From NCBI RefSeq assembly GCF_019798055.1, contig NZ_JAHOPH010000005.1, positions 118,426 through 142,425 on the forward strand: a DNA stretch of 24,000 nucleotides, in the 5' to 3' direction. Positions 21,602 through 24,000 of the stretch are shown here, one piece after another. Numbering within the stretch: position 1 is the first letter of the stretch; every line of letters starts with the position of its first letter. Source of the DNA: Salsipaludibacter albus (GTDB lineage Bacteria > Actinomycetota > Nitriliruptoria > Nitriliruptorales > Nitriliruptoraceae). The position numbers and the translations under genes were made by a program. The notes under the pieces are model-generated. The model was not told the origin of the DNA. It worked only from the letters and a program-made list of their open reading frames with translations, and ran no database searches.

Positions 21602-23524
21602 ATGGCCGGACCGTTCACCACCCTGTTCGCCGCGATGCGTCGTGGCTCGCCCCCGCCCGGCCCACCACGTCGACCGCTGTGGGTCCTGCTGCGTGACGAG
21701 GCCGCCCACGCCGTCCGTCGCGTGCTGACGCCGGCCAGCCTGCTCGCGGCCGTGGTGGCGGGGGTCAGCGTGTTCGTCGTGCTCGGCCCGGCGACGCCCG
21801 GGCCGGTCCTGGGCCAGGCCTGGCGCCCGGTGCTGGCGACGGTGCTCGCCCTGGTCGCGGCGGCCTTCGCCCACTTCCTGCTGGCCCGACCGGGTCGTGA
21901 CCAACGCCGGTCCACGACCGTCGCGATCGTCGCGGCCACGGCGCTCGTGGTCGCCGGCACCGTCGTGCTCGCCAACCTCCTGGACCTGGTGACGTCCGCC
22001 TTCCCCGCGCCACCCGGTGGCGGCCCCACCCTGGACGCCAGCCTGTCGATCGACCCCGCCATCGCCATCGGCGGGATCCTGCTGGTCGTCGCGATCGTCT
22101 CGTCGGCCGCAGGCCGGCGCCTGGGCGTGCCCACCTCCCTGCTCTTCCTCGGACTGGGCGTGCTGGCGGGCCCGGGTGGGTTCGGCTGGGTCGACGTCGG
22201 TGGTGCGGCCACGACCCGCAACCTGGCGGTCGTCGCCCTGGTTGCCATCCTGTTCGACGGAGGCGTCACGACCACCGTCTCCGACCTGCGGCGGGCGGCC
22301 GCACCCGGCGCCGTGCTCGCCACCGTCGGGGTCATGGCGACCGCGGCGATCACCGCGGGGATCGTCGTGCTGGTCGTGCCGGGCACCGACGCCCGGACGG
22401 CCTGGCTCGTGGGGGCGGTGGTGGCCTCCACCGACGCCGCCGCCCTGGGCAACCTCCTGCGCAACGTGCGGCTCCCCCACCGGGTCCATGCCCTGTTGAC
22501 CGTCGAGTCCGGTGGCAACGACCCGATCGCCATCCTGCTGACGGTCGGCATCCTGGCCAGCTGGGACACTCCCGTCGCAGCGGGCGACTGGGTGTCGTTC
22601 GCACTCTGGCAACTGGTCGGCGGGCTGGTCGCCGGGATCGTCGTGGGCACGATCGCGAGTCGCCTGATGGGGCGCCTCGCGCTGCCCGGCATGGCGCTGT
22701 ACCCCGTGCTCGCGCTGGCGATGGGCGGGGCCGCCTACGGACTGGCCGCGGTGCTCGGTGCCTCCGGGCTGCTGGCCGCCTACGCCTGCGGCGTCGTGAT
22801 CGCGGCCACCGACGTCCGCCACCGTCGTGCCGTCCGGCGCTTCAGCGAGGGGATCTCGACGGCCGTCGAGATCGGCCTGTTCCTGCTGCTGGGGTTGCAG
22901 GTCGTCCCGGCCGGACTGGTCGAGGTGGCCGTGCCCGGGTTGCTGATCGCGCTCGGGCTGTTGCTGGTGGCCCGCCCGATCGCGGTCGGCGCGTCCCTGG
23001 CCGGGTTCCGGATGCCGATCCGGGAGGTCGGGGTCGTGGCCTGGCTGGGGGTGCGCGGGGCCGTGCCGATCGTGCTCGCGACCTACGCCGCGACCGCCGG
23101 GGTCCCCGGGGCCCAGGACATCCTCCACCTCGCCTTCTTCGTCGTGGCCGTGTCGCTGGTGGTCCACGGAGTGACCGCCCAGCGGGTGGTCGACGCGGCC
23201 GGGCTCCCGGCCGACCCCGACCTCCCCCCGGAGGTCGCCATGCTGGTCGGCGACCTCGACGGGGTCGACCTGCTCGAGGCCGAGCTGACCGCGACGTCGC
23301 CCCTGGTCGGCGAACGGCTCGCCGACCGTCCGCCGGTCCGCGGGGTGCGGGTCCTGCTGGTCACCCGCGGTGACGTGACCCACGCCGCCGACGGGGACAC
23401 GACGTTCCGGGTCGGCGACCGGCTGGTCCTGTCGGCCACGGACCGGCGTGGCGGGCTGGACGCCGTGCGACGGTGGCTCGGCGCCCCGCCCGCCTCGTCC
23501 ACCACGGACCTCGACCGCCGCTGA
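21602..23524 (+). CDS. NhaP2/CvrA-type cation(K+)/H+ antiporter with C-terminal TrkA-C (RCK_C) domain and ~148-aa N-terminal extension
   Basis: 3' part of track ORF 20183-23524. ATG 21602 is preceded by GGGAGAgcg. The CPA1 core runs from IDPAIAIGGILLVVAIVSSAAGRRLGVPTSLLFLGLGVLAGPGGFG through ESGGNDP. The C-terminal LVGERLADRP...RGDVTHAADGDTTFRVGDRLVL is TrkA-C-like. Confidence 0.8.
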   Translation: MAGPFTTLFAAMRRGSPPPGPPRRPLWVLLRDEAAHAVRRVLTPASLLAAVVAGVSVFVVLGPATPGPVLGQAWRPVLATVLALVAAAFAHFLLARPGRDQRRSTTVAIVAATALVVAGTVVLANLLDLVTSAFPAPPGGGPTLDASLSIDPAIAIGGILLVVAIVSSAAGRRLGVPTSLLFLGLGVLAGPGGFGWVDVGGAATTRNLAVVALVAILFDGGVTTTVSDLRRAAAPGAVLATVGVMATAAITAGIVVLVVPGTDARTAWLVGAVVASTDAAALGNLLRNVRLPHRVHALLTVESGGNDPIAILLTVGILASWDTPVAAGDWVSFALWQLVGGLVAGIVVGTIASRLMGRLALPGMALYPVLALAMGGAAYGLAAVLGASGLLAAYACGVVIAATDVRHRRAVRRFSEGISTAVEIGLFLLLGLQVVPAGLVEVAVPGLLIALGLLLVARPIAVGASLAGFRMPIREVGVVAWLGVRGAVPIVLATYAATAGVPGAQDILHLAFFVVAVSLVVHGVTAQRVVDAAGLPADPDLPPEVAMLVGDLDGVDLLEAELTATSPLVGERLADRPPVRGVRVLLVTRGDVTHAADGDTTFRVGDRLVLSATDRRGGLDAVRRWLGAPPASSTTDLDRR

Positions 23525-23535
23525 CCCGCTCGGAC

Positions 23536-23964
23536 TCAGTCGGAGGGGGGTCGCCACGCGCGCCGCCAGGTGCGCTCGGCGTCGGCGAAGGCGTCCAGGG
23601 GTGCGACGACGTCCTGGACGGCCTCCAGCAGCTCCTCGAGCTCGGACGTCTCGGCAGCAACGGTCCGCACCTCGTCGATGCTGGTCCAGGCCTCGTCCAG
23701 CGCTGTCGCGCAGTCCTGCCAGTCCGCTGCCAGTGGCTCGACCTCCCAGGCCGGCATCCACGCCCGGGCGTCGTCGATCGCCCCGGCGATGGCGTCCAGC
23801 CCGACGCCGATCGGGGCCGGCTCGACCCGGCCGGTCGGCAGGGTCGACAGCAGCACCCGGCGCCCCGACTCGATGACCTGGGCACAGTCGAGGAACGCGC
23901 GCCACGCCGGCACGAGGTCGGCCGGCAGGTCGGGCTTGCGACGGAACAGGGGCATGGCCCGCAC
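23536..23964 (-). CDS. Hypothetical acidic helical protein, no family recognised
   Basis: 142-aa ORF (GTG 23964, or ATG 23955 giving MPLFRRKP) with balanced, non-artefact composition and high GC3. It is convergent with the antiporter, leaving an 11-bp gap. Confidence 0.5.
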   Translation of the reverse strand: MRAMPLFRRKPDLPADLVPAWRAFLDCAQVIESGRRVLLSTLPTGRVEPAPIGVGLDAIAGAIDDARAWMPAWEVEPLAADWQDCATALDEAWTSIDEVRTVAAETSELEELLEAVQDVVAPLDAFADAERTWRRAWRPPSD

Positions 23965-24000
23965 AGGCTAGACGGCCCCGTCCCGGCCGCCGACAGGCCG

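Noticed and set aside
21464-23905. 813-aa minus-strand ORF
   Set aside because: It is antisense to the NhaP2-type antiporter and has a G/R/D/P/H-rich low-complexity sequence.

Overview
Very high-G+C (by eye about 70% or more, not computed), densely coding, Actinomycetota-like chromosomal window. I can support 21 protein-coding genes. I found no rRNA, tRNA, CRISPR array, transposase or integrase.

Left end (1-4927, minus strand): three co-directional genes. They encode a SnoaL/NTF2-like protein, a CpaE/Ssd-like P-loop protein whose Walker A lacks lysine, and a very large secreted mosaic protein. The mosaic protein has a signal peptide, a metzincin HExxHxxGxxH motif, an acidic repeat linker, GGxGxD repeats, and CBM5/12-like and FN3-like segments. 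It runs off the left edge, so it is missing from the supplied ORF track.

Centre: an M20 peptidase and a crcB/fluC pair, then a complete Bacillus-type caa3 cytochrome c oxidase module. This module has divergent ctaA/ctaB and, on the opposite strand, ctaC (with fused cytochrome c)-ctaD-ctaE-ctaF-ctaG. A membrane-anchored type-1 copper cupredoxin follows ctaG and is translationally coupled to it. Between ctaB and the cupredoxin gene lies a perfect 87-bp tandem duplication that includes the 3' end of the cupredoxin CDS and two hairpins per unit.

Right: an ABC-2 exporter pair, an AI-2E transporter-prmA-rlmD-like operon joined by GTGA overlaps, an NhaP2-type cation/H+ antiporter with an N-terminal extension, and an orphan hypothetical.

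I do not see a convincing, self-contained novel multi-gene system. Nothing here looks like a defence, toxin or mobile-element gene. The best leads are:
- the giant exoprotein and its CpaE-like/SnoaL-like neighbours
- the cupredoxin appended to the cta operon
- the 87-bp duplication
- the acidic insertion plus two extra helices at the CtaD C-terminus

Most of the very long ORFs in the track (e.g. 414-4442, 11341-14670, 21464-23905) are high-GC antisense or off-frame artefacts.
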